A stretch of 47,991 bases of DNA from Chloroflexota bacterium (GCA_025937875.1 JAICQM010000001.1:1-47991); one strand, 5' to 3'. Counted from the stretch's first letter, positions 35,593 to 45,107 are shown. The notes: generated by a model not told the origin, from the letters alone. Translations and numbers: made by a program.

Positions 35593-38500
35593 CTACCGCT
35601 GATGATCGCCTGCGGTGACGTTGCTCCGCCGGACGGCGAGGACCAGGTCGGCATTCGCCAGGTGCAGCTGCTCTGATCGATCCGCATCCGTCGGCCCAGC
35701 CTCCGTGCCGAGGGTCATGGAGGTTGCCAGGAGCTCAGCGGCGAGCCAGTCACGGTGCGGTGCCAGTCGCGCGGCCAGCCCTGCCGGCGCAGTGATCGTC
35801 ACCTCGATCCGGTCGGCGAGCTCGTAGCCGGCTGCCTTGCGCAGGTTCTGGAGCCGGTGCGCCAGCTCGCGCGCCAGGCCCTCAGTCTCGAGCTCGTCGC
35901 TGAGCTGGGTGTCGAGCGCGACCAGCAGGCCGCCCTCTTCCGCCACCTCGTGACCGGCGCGCGCCCGCGCGGTGAGCTGAAACTCGTCGGCGGCCAGCGC
36001 GACGCCGCCCGCGGTCACCGTGCCGTCGTCATTGAGCGTCCAGTCCCCGCCGCGCGCGGCGGCCATCACGCGCCCCACGTCCGCCCCGTGGCGCGGCCCG
36101 ATGACCGGCAGCAGCGGGTACAGCGACCGCTCGACGAGGTCCGAGTCGTCGGGGATGAGCTCCAGCCGCTTGGCATTGAGCTCGTCGAGGACCATGGTCG
36201 TCAGCTCGGCGGCGATCGCCGCGTCGTCCGCGAGGGCGGTCGCGCCGGCCGGCAGCTTGACGCTGACGGTGGCCAGCGGCTGACGGGTCCGGATCCCGGA
36301 CTGGCTGCGTGCCGTGCGGCCGAGCGCCACCACGTCGCGAGCGAGCCGCATCGCATGCTCGAGGTCGGCGTCGCGTTCGCCATCTCCGGCGGGATACGAC
36401 GCCAGGTGGGCGCTGTCCGGGGCGGCGGGGTCGACGGCGACGACGAGGTTCTCCCAGAGGGCATCGGCGACGTGCGGCAGCATCGGTGCCAGCAGGCGCG
36501 TCACGTCGACCAGCACACGGTGCAGGGTGGCGAAGGCGGCCCGCTTGTCGGCGTCCAGGTCGCCCTTCCAGAACCGGCGCCGGTTGCGGCGCACGTACCA
36601 GCCGGAGAGCTCCTCCACCACGAAGCCCTCGATCGCGCGCGCCGCGCGCGGCGGGTCGTAGCCGTCGAGCGCTGCCCGGCATTCGGCGACGACCGAGTCC
36701 AGGCGGGACAGGAGCCATCGGTCCAGGAGCGTGCGAGCGTCGGAGCCATCGGTCTGGTCCGGCGTCCAGCCGTCGAGCCGGGCGTAGGAAGTGAAGAAGG
36801 CGTACGTGTTCCACAGCGGCAGCAGGAACCGGCGCACCACCTCGTGGGCCGGCCCGTACCCGAAGTTGACATTGGTGGCCGGGTTGGTCGAGACGAACAG
36901 CCAGCGCATGACGTCGGCGCCGATGCGATCGGCCGCCTCGTCGAAGGGGATCGCGTTGCCCCGGCTCTTGTGCATCTCCTCGCCGTGCTCATCACGCATC
37001 AGCGCGTAGGCGAACAGGTTGCGGGCCGGCGCCTGGCCGGTCATCACCGTGGATTCGGCGATGAGGGCGTAGAACCAGTTGCGGAACTGGCCGGGAAACG
37101 ACTCGCTGATCAGGTCGGCGGGGTACCAGCGCGCCCACTCGTCGCGGTCCGTCATCCACCCCATCGTCGAGAGGCCCACGATCCCGGCGTCCAGCCAGGG
37201 GTTCCCGACGTCGGTCGTCCGCTTCGCGCGACCGCCGCAGGATCGGCAGGCGACCTCGACGCCGTCGATCCACGGTCGGTGCGGCGAATGGCCCTCGAAC
37301 GCCTCCCAGCCCGCAACCGCGCGCTCGGCAAGCTCCTCCTTCGAGCCGATGATCTCCCAGGCGTCGCAGTCGACGCACTCCCAGATCGGGAGCGCCAGGC
37401 CGTAGTAGCGCTTCTTGCTGATCATCCAGTCGCCCATGTTCCGCAGCCAGTCCAGCTCGCGCTCCTCGAGGCCGATCCCCTCCGGCAGCCAGGTCATGGA
37501 GCGCGTGGCCGCCGACAGCGGCTCGCGGAGCGGATCCATGGCGATGAACCACTCGTCCACGAGGCGGAAGACGAGCTGCGTCTGGCAGCGCCAGCAGACC
37601 GGGTAGTGGTGCCGGTACTGCTCGCGGGCCACCAACAGGCCCTTGGCCTCCAGGTCGTCGGCGACCGCGTACGCAACGTCGGTCGCCGGGTCGCCGGTGG
37701 CGCCCGCGAAGCGCCCGGTCTGCCAGCCGTAGCCGTCGCGGAAGACGCCGAACTCGTCGATCGGGTCCAGCACCGCCAGGTCGTGCTGCCTGGCCAGCGC
37801 GAAGTCTTCCTGGCCGCAGCCGGGGGCCATGTGCACGATGCCGGTCCCCTCCTCGTCGCTGACCTCGTCCCATGCGATGACGCGGTGCGCCACGCCGGCC
37901 GCCACCGGCAGCTCGTCGAATGGGCCGTCGTAGCTGAGGTCCACCAGCTCGGCGCCGGGCGCCTCGCGCAACACCGGCGCATCACCCGCGACACGGGCCT
38001 TCGAGCCGTGGCTGACCCACCAGCGGCGACCGTCACGGCCCTCGACGAGCTGGTAGGTGAGGGCCGGGTTCACCGCCGCCGCCACGTTGCTCGACAGCGT
38101 CCACGGGGTCGTGGTCCAGACCAGCAGGTCTTCGCCGTCGTGGCCCGGGCTCGTGATGGGGAGCCTGATCGTGAGCGACAGGTGCGTGATCTCGCGGTAG
38201 CCCTCGGTCGCGATCTCCATGTTCGACAGGCCGGTCCCGCAGCGCGGGCACCACGGCATGACGTCGTGGCCGCGGTACACCAGCCCGCGCCGGTGGCATT
38301 CGGCCAGGAAAGCCCAGATCGTGTAGTTGTTCTCGTCGGAGTTCGTGTAGTACGAGTTGTCCCAGTCCATCCAGTAGCCGAGGCGTTTGCTCTGCTCGGT
38401 CTGGATGGCGGCGAACTTCGTCACCCGCTCCTTGCACAGCTCGACGAAGCGGTCGATCCCGAACGCTTCGATTTGCCGCTTGTTGTTGAAGCCGAGCTCC

Positions 38501-38796
38501 TTCTCGACCTCGACCTCGATCCACAGCCCCTGGCAGTCGAATCCGTTCTGGTAGCGCTGCCGCTCGCCGAGCATGGTGTGGTAGCGCTGGAACAGGTCCT
38601 TGTAGGTGCGGCCCCAGGCATGGTGGACGCCCATCGGGTTGTTGGCCGTGATCGGTCCGTCCAGGAAGCTGTACCGCTCGTCGGCGTCGGCGTTGCGGGC
38701 CAGATAGCGGGCCATCGTGTCGTGCACGCGCCAGCGCTCGATCTGCTCCCCCTCGAGCGCTGGGACATCCAGCTCCTTGGCCACCGGCTTGAACAA
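35593..38796 (-). CDS. ileS: isoleucyl-tRNA synthetase (type 2, long C-terminal form)
   Basis: 1067 aa with PITANNPMGVHHAWGRTYKD (HIGH region) and MHKSRGN (KMSKS). TTG start at 38796 with GGGAG 8 nt upstream. Confidence 0.97.
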   Translation of the reverse strand: MFKPVAKELDVPALEGEQIERWRVHDTMARYLARNADADERYSFLDGPITANNPMGVHHAWGRTYKDLFQRYHTMLGERQRYQNGFDCQGLWIEVEVEKELGFNNKRQIEAFGIDRFVELCKERVTKFAAIQTEQSKRLGYWMDWDNSYYTNSDENNYTIWAFLAECHRRGLVYRGHDVMPWCPRCGTGLSNMEIATEGYREITHLSLTIRLPITSPGHDGEDLLVWTTTPWTLSSNVAAAVNPALTYQLVEGRDGRRWWVSHGSKARVAGDAPVLREAPGAELVDLSYDGPFDELPVAAGVAHRVIAWDEVSDEEGTGIVHMAPGCGQEDFALARQHDLAVLDPIDEFGVFRDGYGWQTGRFAGATGDPATDVAYAVADDLEAKGLLVAREQYRHHYPVCWRCQTQLVFRLVDEWFIAMDPLREPLSAATRSMTWLPEGIGLEERELDWLRNMGDWMISKKRYYGLALPIWECVDCDAWEIIGSKEELAERAVAGWEAFEGHSPHRPWIDGVEVACRSCGGRAKRTTDVGNPWLDAGIVGLSTMGWMTDRDEWARWYPADLISESFPGQFRNWFYALIAESTVMTGQAPARNLFAYALMRDEHGEEMHKSRGNAIPFDEAADRIGADVMRWLFVSTNPATNVNFGYGPAHEVVRRFLLPLWNTYAFFTSYARLDGWTPDQTDGSDARTLLDRWLLSRLDSVVAECRAALDGYDPPRAARAIEGFVVEELSGWYVRRNRRRFWKGDLDADKRAAFATLHRVLVDVTRLLAPMLPHVADALWENLVVAVDPAAPDSAHLASYPAGDGERDADLEHAMRLARDVVALGRTARSQSGIRTRQPLATVSVKLPAGATALADDAAIAAELTTMVLDELNAKRLELIPDDSDLVERSLYPLLPVIGPRHGADVGRVMAAARGGDWTLNDDGTVTAGGVALAADEFQLTARARAGHEVAEEGGLLVALDTQLSDELETEGLARELAHRLQNLRKAAGYELADRIEVTITAPAGLAARLAPHRDWLAAELLATSMTLGTEAGPTDADRSEQLHLANADLVLAVRRSNVTAGDHQR

Positions 38797-38816
38797 CTGA
38801 CCTGCTCCCGTACATG

Positions 38817-38849
38817 AAAAACCCCGCCCCGGAACTCATCCGGGACGGG
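38817..38849 (-). terminator. T-box attenuator (intrinsic terminator)
   Basis: CCCGUCCCGG-augaguu-CCGGGGCGGG followed by G-UUUUU-C. It ends 20 nt before the ileS start codon. Confidence 0.8.
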
Positions 38850-39118
38850 CGTCGAGGTCGACGTCCGCGGTACCACCCGCGCTTGACCGATGTCATCGGT
38901 CCACTCGTCTCGCCACGGGTCCGAACCCGGACCGATGACGTCGCCTCCTGGTAACGGGTGGCGCACCCGGGACGCGTTACGCACGGCGCTCGCCGCTTGG
39001 CGCTCCGGCTCGGGAGGGATGGGTCCGCGTCTCGTCACCGCCCGCTCTCACCGTCCGGGCTCGCTCGTGGCGCGATGGCGACGCGGAGCGCTGGCTCCGT
39101 CTCAGCCGTGTGATCTGT
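38817..39118 (-). promoter_or_regulatory. T-box riboswitch leader of ileS
   Basis: T-box core GCGGGUGGUACCGCGG at 38880-38865. Its GCGGGU can pair with GCCCGU, the 5' arm of the terminator (antiterminator/terminator alternative). There are several strong upstream helices, for example the 11-bp GUCAUCGGUCC/GGACCGAUGAC at 38939-38892. Confidence 0.85.
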
Positions 39119-39125
39119 TGCGGCG

Positions 39126-39155
39126 ATCGTCGCAGTGCGCCGCGGGCCTTGTCAA
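39126..39155 (-). promoter_or_regulatory. candidate promoter of the ileS T-box leader (TTGACA-18 nt-GACGAT)
   Basis: A perfect -35 TTGACA at 39155-39150 overlaps the TGA stop of the upstream gene. The -10-like GACGAT is at 39131-39126. Confidence 0.5.
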
Positions 39156-40393
39156 TTCGGACCACCGGTGAGCGACCAGCCGACGAGCAGCAGCGCGGTC
39201 ACCGCCGTGAATGCCACCAGCGAGGCCAGCCGCGGCCACCAGTGACGCGCCATGAGGACCCCCAGGCTGGCCAGCGGCCCGACCAGGACCAGGGCCGCGA
39301 CGAGCTGGCCCGCGACCGGACCGCGGTTCGCGCCGACGAACCCGAAGGCGACCCAGCCGATGAACGCCGCCACCAGCGGCAGCAGCGTGAGGACGATGAG
39401 CACCCCCGTCCCCGGCGGTGCGGTCACGGTGGTGCGCGCCCGCCGGTTGCGGCGGTGGCCGGGCGCCGGGACGGGCCGCGGCCGTTCGACGGGCATGGCC
39501 GCCACCGGCGCCCCCGCCTCATCGGCTTCCGTGGCCCGCCCCCAGGCCGGCATGCGCAGACCGCGGCGCCGCACCGGCTCCGCCGCCGCCGCCACGGCGC
39601 GGGCCTCTTCCAGGGCGGCCGCCTCCTCGGCGGCGTGCTGGGCGGCGGCGAGGGCGGCGGCGCGCTCCGCCTCGGCCGCCGCGAGGGCCGCGGCCCGCTC
39701 GCTCGCCAGCCGCTGCTCGAGCAGCTGGCGCTCGATGCCGGTCACGAAGCGCTGCTCGAACTCTGCTGCGGCGCGGTCAGCCGCGGCCGCGGCGGCGGCG
39801 GGATCGCCGCTCGGCGCCCGGGCCACGAGGGCCCGCGTCCGCTCCGCCACCTGATCGAGGCGGGCCTGCACCCGCGCCGCGGCGGCCAGGGCATTGAGCA
39901 GCTCCTGCTCCAGCGCCGGGGCGACGAGCAGCCGGCCGCGATCAGTGGGCACGAGGATCGCGCTCGCGGTGGGCGCCATCCGCACCAGCTCGATCCGCTC
40001 GTCGTCGCGCAGCATGCCGGTTCCGAGGCCCCGGCTGAGCGGTCCGAGCCGCGGGCGCATGCGGGCTGCATTCGCCCCCCGCAGCGTGACCCGCGTCACC
40101 GAGCCGCGGACGAGTCCGTAGGCGCGCTCGCCGGCGATCGACCGCACCCGGATGGCGCCGACCTCGACCTGCATCCGCAGCGTGAGCGGCACGATGGCCA
40201 GCCATGCGCCGACCACGACGAGGAGAGCCCCGCCCGCCACGCCAACGAGTCGCAACGGCACGTCGAGCCAGATGAGCGACGCGCCGATGGCGGCGATGCC
40301 CAGCAGCCACAGCACGAGCGGCAGCAGCAGCAGGCGCCGCATGTCGCGGGCGAGCCTGATGTGGGCGATCGCGACCGTCTCGTCGGAGGGCAT
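39152..40393 (-). CDS. hypothetical polytopic membrane protein: 2 TM + PH-like beta region + Ala-rich coiled coil + Pro/Arg linker + C-terminal TM bundle
   Basis: 413 aa with good GC3 bias. It starts 3 nt after the stop of the GT2 gene. No catalytic motif recognised. The domain reading comes from sequence pattern only. Confidence 0.55.
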   Translation of the reverse strand: MPSDETVAIAHIRLARDMRRLLLLPLVLWLLGIAAIGASLIWLDVPLRLVGVAGGALLVVVGAWLAIVPLTLRMQVEVGAIRVRSIAGERAYGLVRGSVTRVTLRGANAARMRPRLGPLSRGLGTGMLRDDERIELVRMAPTASAILVPTDRGRLLVAPALEQELLNALAAAARVQARLDQVAERTRALVARAPSGDPAAAAAAADRAAAEFEQRFVTGIERQLLEQRLASERAAALAAAEAERAAALAAAQHAAEEAAALEEARAVAAAAEPVRRRGLRMPAWGRATEADEAGAPVAAMPVERPRPVPAPGHRRNRRARTTVTAPPGTGVLIVLTLLPLVAAFIGWVAFGFVGANRGPVAGQLVAALVLVGPLASLGVLMARHWWPRLASLVAFTAVTALLLVGWSLTGGPN

Positions 40394-40396
40394 CGG

Positions 40397-42064
40397 TCAG
40401 GCCTTCTCGGTCACGCGGTACTCGAGGTAGCGGCCGGTGAGCAGCCGCGTCTGCGCGTCGAGCGCGGGCAGGTTGCTGAAGAAGATGCCCACGAAAGGCA
40501 GGCCGATCCACTGCGCGTACGACAGGAAGCGGTCCCACCATCCCCAGTGCGCCGGCCGCTGCGGCACGATCCGGTACTCGACCCAGATGAGGACGACCAG
40601 CGCCACCAGGCCGATCGACAGCATCGTCGACGCGTAGAGCGGCAGGTTCTGGCCCAGCGTCGTCTCGGCAAAGGCCGGGTTGATGAGCAGTGGGATCGTG
40701 GCTCCGAACATGATGACGAAGGGCGCGATGGCCCAGTTGATGTGCTCACCGAACAGGTTGAGGATGCGCCACGCGCGGGACCAGAACGGGATCTCCGGAT
40801 GGCGCAGGGCATTGCGCACGACGTACGGGATGTCGGTCACGCCCCACGCCCAGCGCCGGGCCTGCATGTACTGCGTGGCGAGCGAGCGCCAGTAGGTCCG
40901 CGCCCGGACCGCGTCGCCGTAGATGGGGATGAAGAGCGGCACCGCCCGGAAGCGGTCGCCGTAGCGGAAGTAGCTCTTCCAGTAGAAGCGGCTGTCCTCG
41001 GGGATCGCGTCGGTGGCCCAGTAGCCCACCTCGTGCACCAGGTTGAGCGTCGTCGAGTACGAGCCGAAGCTCTGGAGCTTCTCGGGCAGGACGCTGCGCC
41101 ACATCTGCATCTGGGTCAGCACGGCAGCGAACAGGCGCAGCAGGATCGGTGCGTCCCAGATGTTGTTGTGGAAGTACGGGATCGGCTGGTAGAGCTGGGT
41201 CTCGCGGTTCGGATCGGTCACGTGCATCCACGTCAGGTACGTGAAGTACTGCGGATGGACGCGGTAGTCGGCATCCAGGTCGGTGACGATGATCCTGGTC
41301 GGGTCCATTCCCCGATCGCGCACCAGCGCCCGATACAGCCAGCGTCCGCCCCAGGCCATCGCACTGCTCTTGCCGACCACGATCCCCGGCTCCAGCGGGT
41401 CGAGGATGTGGATGAACTCGGCGAAGGCCTCGCCGAATTCGACCTTCAGCGCCGCGACGTTGGCGATCCCGCCCTCATCCGTCTCGCGCGTGATGATGGC
41501 CACGATCTTCCGCTCGCGGGGCCATTCCGCATCGGCCAGCGCCCGCACGGTATGGCGCAGCTTCTCGAGCGACTCGGTGTACGTCGGGATGAGGGCCAGG
41601 TGGATGTACTCGTCGACGCCGGGTCGCTCCCCATCGTCCCGCAGCATGCGCTCGAGGTCGGCGAGCTCGCGCTGGATGGCTCGGCGCGCCGAGCGCCGCG
41701 ACGGCGGCGTGGCCACGAATCCCAGCACCGGGCCGGTGGCGCCGGCCAGCGCCTGCAGCCGAGACCGGAGCGTGGCTCGCCGGCCGGCGGGATCCTCCAG
41801 CCCGCGCAGGCGGCCGGGCCAGTCGGCGGCCAGGACGTCACGGATCCGGCGGTACGCGATGATCACCGCTCCAGCGAACCAGATGGCGCGGCACAGCCAG
41901 TAGAAGTCGAAGCTGAGGACGAAGTAGGCGACCAGCCACGGATAGCTGAAGCTCAGCCAGATCGGCCCGATGATGATGCCCCAACTGATGAGGCCCGGCA
42001 CCATCTCGAGCAGGCGCTCGAGCCAGCGATATCGCTCCTGGTCGCGTCCGTCCGACATCCGCAC
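40397..42064 (-). CDS. membrane-embedded processive family-2 glycosyltransferase (cellulose/chitin/hyaluronan-synthase-like)
   Basis: IPTYTES, DLDAD (DxD), AIPEDSRF (ED) and QARRWAWG (QxxRW), flanked by N- and C-terminal TM helices. The start is GTG 42064, or ATG 42058 which has GAGG upstream. Confidence 0.8.
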   Translation of the reverse strand: MRMSDGRDQERYRWLERLLEMVPGLISWGIIIGPIWLSFSYPWLVAYFVLSFDFYWLCRAIWFAGAVIIAYRRIRDVLAADWPGRLRGLEDPAGRRATLRSRLQALAGATGPVLGFVATPPSRRSARRAIQRELADLERMLRDDGERPGVDEYIHLALIPTYTESLEKLRHTVRALADAEWPRERKIVAIITRETDEGGIANVAALKVEFGEAFAEFIHILDPLEPGIVVGKSSAMAWGGRWLYRALVRDRGMDPTRIIVTDLDADYRVHPQYFTYLTWMHVTDPNRETQLYQPIPYFHNNIWDAPILLRLFAAVLTQMQMWRSVLPEKLQSFGSYSTTLNLVHEVGYWATDAIPEDSRFYWKSYFRYGDRFRAVPLFIPIYGDAVRARTYWRSLATQYMQARRWAWGVTDIPYVVRNALRHPEIPFWSRAWRILNLFGEHINWAIAPFVIMFGATIPLLINPAFAETTLGQNLPLYASTMLSIGLVALVVLIWVEYRIVPQRPAHWGWWDRFLSYAQWIGLPFVGIFFSNLPALDAQTRLLTGRYLEYRVTEKA

Positions 42065-42110
42065 CTCGCCGCCCGATCCGGCCGACCCGGTCGGAGGTCG
42101 GCGCGGATGG

Positions 42111-43073
42111 CTAGTAGACCGGGGTCAGCCAGTCACGATACTCGTCGAGGCGGCCCCTGACCGCGTCGAAGTAGATGCTCGACAGCTCTCGGGTGATCGG
42201 TCCCGGCCGGCCGGAGCCCACCGCTCGGCGGTCGACCTCGACCACCGGCGACATCTGCGCACCGGTGCCGCACAGGAAGATCTCCTGCGCCGCGTAGAGC
42301 TCGGTGCGATCGATGCTGCGCTCCACGACCTCGACCCCGAGCTTCGTGCGGGCCACGTCCATCAGCCGCCGCCGGGTGATGCCCTCCAGGATGTTGTCGG
42401 TCACCGGCGGCGTGATCAGCACGCCGTCATGGACGATGAACAGGTTCTCGGCGCTCCCCTCGCTGACATGGCCGTCCTGGGTGAGCACGATCGCCTCGTC
42501 GTAGCCGTTGAGCTGCGCCTCGCTCTTGGCGAAGGCGCCGTTGACGTACGCGCCGGTGATCTTGCCGCGGGCCGGGATCGCGTTGTCATCGGTCCGGCGC
42601 CAGGTCGAGACCTGGGCTCGGATGCCACCCTCGGTGTCGATGTACTGCCCGAACGGCACCCCGAAGATCGTGACATCGCAATCCAGGTTGTGGAGGCGGA
42701 CTCCGATGATCTCGCTGGACTTGTAGACGATGGGCCGGATGTACACGTCCTCCCGCAGCCCGTCGCGGCGCAGCATCTCCACCGTGGCGTCGGCCAGCTG
42801 GCGGGCGCTGTACGGCAGCTCCATCATGAGCAGCCGCGCGGACCGCAGCAGACGCTCGTAGTGCGGCAGCAGGTCCAGCGCGAACAGCTGCTCCTGGTCA
42901 CCGTTCCAGTAGGCTCGGATGCCCTCGAACACGCCCGTTCCGTAGTTGAATGCGTGGGTCATGACGTTGACGTTCGCGTCACGGAGTGGCACCAGCTCCC
43001 CGCGGAAGAAGGCCCACAGCTCGGTGCTGCGGTCCGCCGTCGCGGTGGCTGCCGGAGTTGCCTGCTTGAGCAC
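42111..43073 (-). CDS. ilvE: branched-chain amino acid aminotransferase
   Basis: NYGTGVFEGIRAY, NGAFAKSEAQL, EGSAENLF, PVTDNILEGITR. Trimmed to GTG 43073, 7 nt after AAGGAG. Confidence 0.92.
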   Translation of the reverse strand: MLKQATPAATATADRSTELWAFFRGELVPLRDANVNVMTHAFNYGTGVFEGIRAYWNGDQEQLFALDLLPHYERLLRSARLLMMELPYSARQLADATVEMLRRDGLREDVYIRPIVYKSSEIIGVRLHNLDCDVTIFGVPFGQYIDTEGGIRAQVSTWRRTDDNAIPARGKITGAYVNGAFAKSEAQLNGYDEAIVLTQDGHVSEGSAENLFIVHDGVLITPPVTDNILEGITRRRLMDVARTKLGVEVVERSIDRTELYAAQEIFLCGTGAQMSPVVEVDRRAVGSGRPGPITRELSSIYFDAVRGRLDEYRDWLTPVY

Positions 43074-43131
43074 TCTGGTCTCCTTGGTGACCGGGTCGCG
43101 GTGGTCCGCGGCGACCGTCCGGCCGGTCACC

Positions 43132-43137
43132 AGTATA
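43132..43137 (-). promoter_or_regulatory. candidate -10 box TATACT for ilvE
   Basis: The minus strand reads ccggTATACTgg, 59 nt upstream of the GTG start. Confidence 0.4.
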
Positions 43138-43197
43138 CCGGCGGTCGCTCTGTGAGCCCCTCGCGAGGGCCCGAGGCCACGGAATCAGTGGCGAGGC

Positions 43198-44322
43198 TCA
43201 GTGGATCGGCGCGGCCGATGCGCCGAGGTCGGTGAACAGGGCGAGGTAGATGTAGATCAGGTACAGCGGGCCACCGATGAGCAGGTACCAGGCGTTGAGC
43301 TTCCCCTGGCGCAGCATGTTGCCGAAGATGAGGATCGTCGAGACGAACGCGACGCCGGCCGACGCAAAGACGAGTGCCGTGCCCGCGCTGAAGGCCCAGT
43401 CGGTGAACAGCAGTCCCAGCACGGTCGGCAGGCAGGACTGGAAGACCATGGCGCCGGTGATGTTGCCCATCGCCAGCGTGTCCTTCCCATTGCGCACCCA
43501 GAGGACGCTGTTGAACTTCTCCGGGAGCTCCGTCGCGATCGGGGCGATGATGAGGGCCAGGATGGTGGGATCCAGACCGATCACCGTCGACAGGTGCTCG
43601 ACCGCCCCTACGAAGATCTGGGCGCCAAGGATGATCAGGCCCAGCGCCAGCACCACCTGGACGACGATGAGCCGCGTCGACGGCTCGTGGCCGGTGAACG
43701 ACACGTCGCCGGGGAACGCGTCGATCTCGAGCTGGTCGGACACGATCTCGCCCTTGTCGCCGGCGATCCGCGACAGATGCAGCCGCGCCAGCTCCTCGGG
43801 GTCGCTTTCCTCGGCGGCATCGGTGAAGTGCGCGCGCACGTAGATCGCGTAGATCACCACCAGCAGGCCGGCAGCCACCCACTTGAGCCACCCCACCTCG
43901 TCGGGCAGGAATGCGGTACCGATGGCGATCGCATAACCGACCACGAAGAACCCGACGTCGCGGCCCAGGACCTTGACGTTGACCTTCATCCCCGTGCCGC
44001 GCCGTCCCCGCCGGGCGAAGATGATGATCGCGATCCCGGTCACGAACATCGCCAGGGTGGAGAGCATGAACGGGGCGCCGAGGATGGCGCCGACACCGAT
44101 CGCGTGGGAGCTCTCCGATGGCGTGCCCGTGATCACCGGCCCCAGGATGGCGATGACCGGGATCAGCGTCTCCGGCATCGCGGTGGCCACCGCGGCCAGG
44201 ACGCTCCCCACCGCGCCCTCGGCCAGGTTCAGCTTATGGCCGAGCCACTCGATTCCGTTCGTGAACAGCTCGGCGGCCACCAGGATGATGGCCAGCGAGC
44301 CGAGGAGCAGGACGATATCCAA
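43198..44322 (-). CDS. Na+/Ca2+ exchanger (CaCA) family membrane transporter
   Basis: Two alpha-repeat-like regions (GSVLAAVATAMPETL and IAPIATELPEKF...GNITGAMVFQ) and about 10 TM helices. TTG start. Confidence 0.82.
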   Translation of the reverse strand: MDIVLLLGSLAIILVAAELFTNGIEWLGHKLNLAEGAVGSVLAAVATAMPETLIPVIAILGPVITGTPSESSHAIGVGAILGAPFMLSTLAMFVTGIAIIIFARRGRRGTGMKVNVKVLGRDVGFFVVGYAIAIGTAFLPDEVGWLKWVAAGLLVVIYAIYVRAHFTDAAEESDPEELARLHLSRIAGDKGEIVSDQLEIDAFPGDVSFTGHEPSTRLIVVQVVLALGLIILGAQIFVGAVEHLSTVIGLDPTILALIIAPIATELPEKFNSVLWVRNGKDTLAMGNITGAMVFQSCLPTVLGLLFTDWAFSAGTALVFASAGVAFVSTILIFGNMLRQGKLNAWYLLIGGPLYLIYIYLALFTDLGASAAPIH

Positions 44323-44328
44323 CGCGGA

Positions 44329-44598
44329 TCAGGGACGCAGGTGCTGGGGTGCGTACGGCAGCAGCGCGACGTGACGGGCGCGCTTGAGCGCGGTGGTCAG
44401 CATGCGCTGGTGGCGGGCGCAGGTGCCCGTCTTGCGGCGCGGCTCGATCTTGGCGCGCTCGGAGAGATAGCGGCGGAGGCGGTTGACCTCCTTGTAATCG
44501 ATGCTCTCCGCCTTGTCGACGCAGAAGTTGCACACCTTGCGCCGCCGGCGGTCGCGGTAGTAGTCGGCCGCCTCGCGGCGGCTGCGGGGACTTGCCAT
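44329..44598 (-). CDS. rpsR: 30S ribosomal protein S18
   Basis: [37 protein letters not shown]. Confidence 0.95.
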   Translation of the reverse strand: MASPRSRREAADYYRDRRRRKVCNFCVDKAESIDYKEVNRLRRYLSERAKIEPRRKTGTCARHQRMLTTALKRARHVALLPYAPQHLRP

Positions 44599-44639
44599 GG
44601 TGGGATCGTATCCTCAGTCGGTTCGAATGCGTTGGCGGG

Positions 44640-45107
44640 TTAGAAGGGGATGTCGTCGACGTCCATCGCATCGGACCGGGACGCACCCGACCCCTGCGAT
44701 CCGGCGCCGCGCGGCGTGGCGACCGGGGCGTCCATCTGGCCCTCGCTCCCGCCGCCGAAGCCGCCCTCCTCGTCGCGCGGACGGCGCTCGAGGTTGAGGA
44801 CGCGGGCGAAGCGCATCTCGACGCTCGTGCCCTTCGTCCCGTCATTGCGGTCGAACTCGCGGACGCGAAGCTCACCCTCGGCGTAGACGCGGTTGCCCTT
44901 GCGGAGCTGCTCGGCGACGCGCTCGGCGGCCTGGTCCCAGACCTCGACACGCAGCCAGAGCGTCTCCTCCTGCCACTCCCCGTCGGGGCCGCGGCGGTTG
45001 CTGTTGACGGCGACCCGCAGGTTGGTGACCGCCTTCCCGCTGGGCGTGTAGCGCAGCTCGGGGTCGGCACCCAGGTTGCCGATGATCATCATCTTGTTCA
45101 GCGACAT
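44640..45107 (-). CDS. ssb: single-stranded DNA-binding protein
   Basis: OB-fold N-terminus MSLNKMMIIGNLGADPELRYT, Gly-rich linker, acidic tip DVDDIPF. Confidence 0.95.
   Translation of the reverse strand: MSLNKMMIIGNLGADPELRYTPSGKAVTNLRVAVNSNRRGPDGEWQEETLWLRVEVWDQAAERVAEQLRKGNRVYAEGELRVREFDRNDGTKGTSVEMRFARVLNLERRPRDEEGGFGGGSEGQMDAPVATPRGAGSQGSGASRSDAMDVDDIPF

Noticed and set aside
44610-44635. GGTTCGAAT T-loop-like string between rpsR and ssb, and a GGTTCGAGC string at 35450, as possible tRNA genes.
   Set aside because: The flanking sequence cannot form a T-stem, acceptor stem or anticodon arm.
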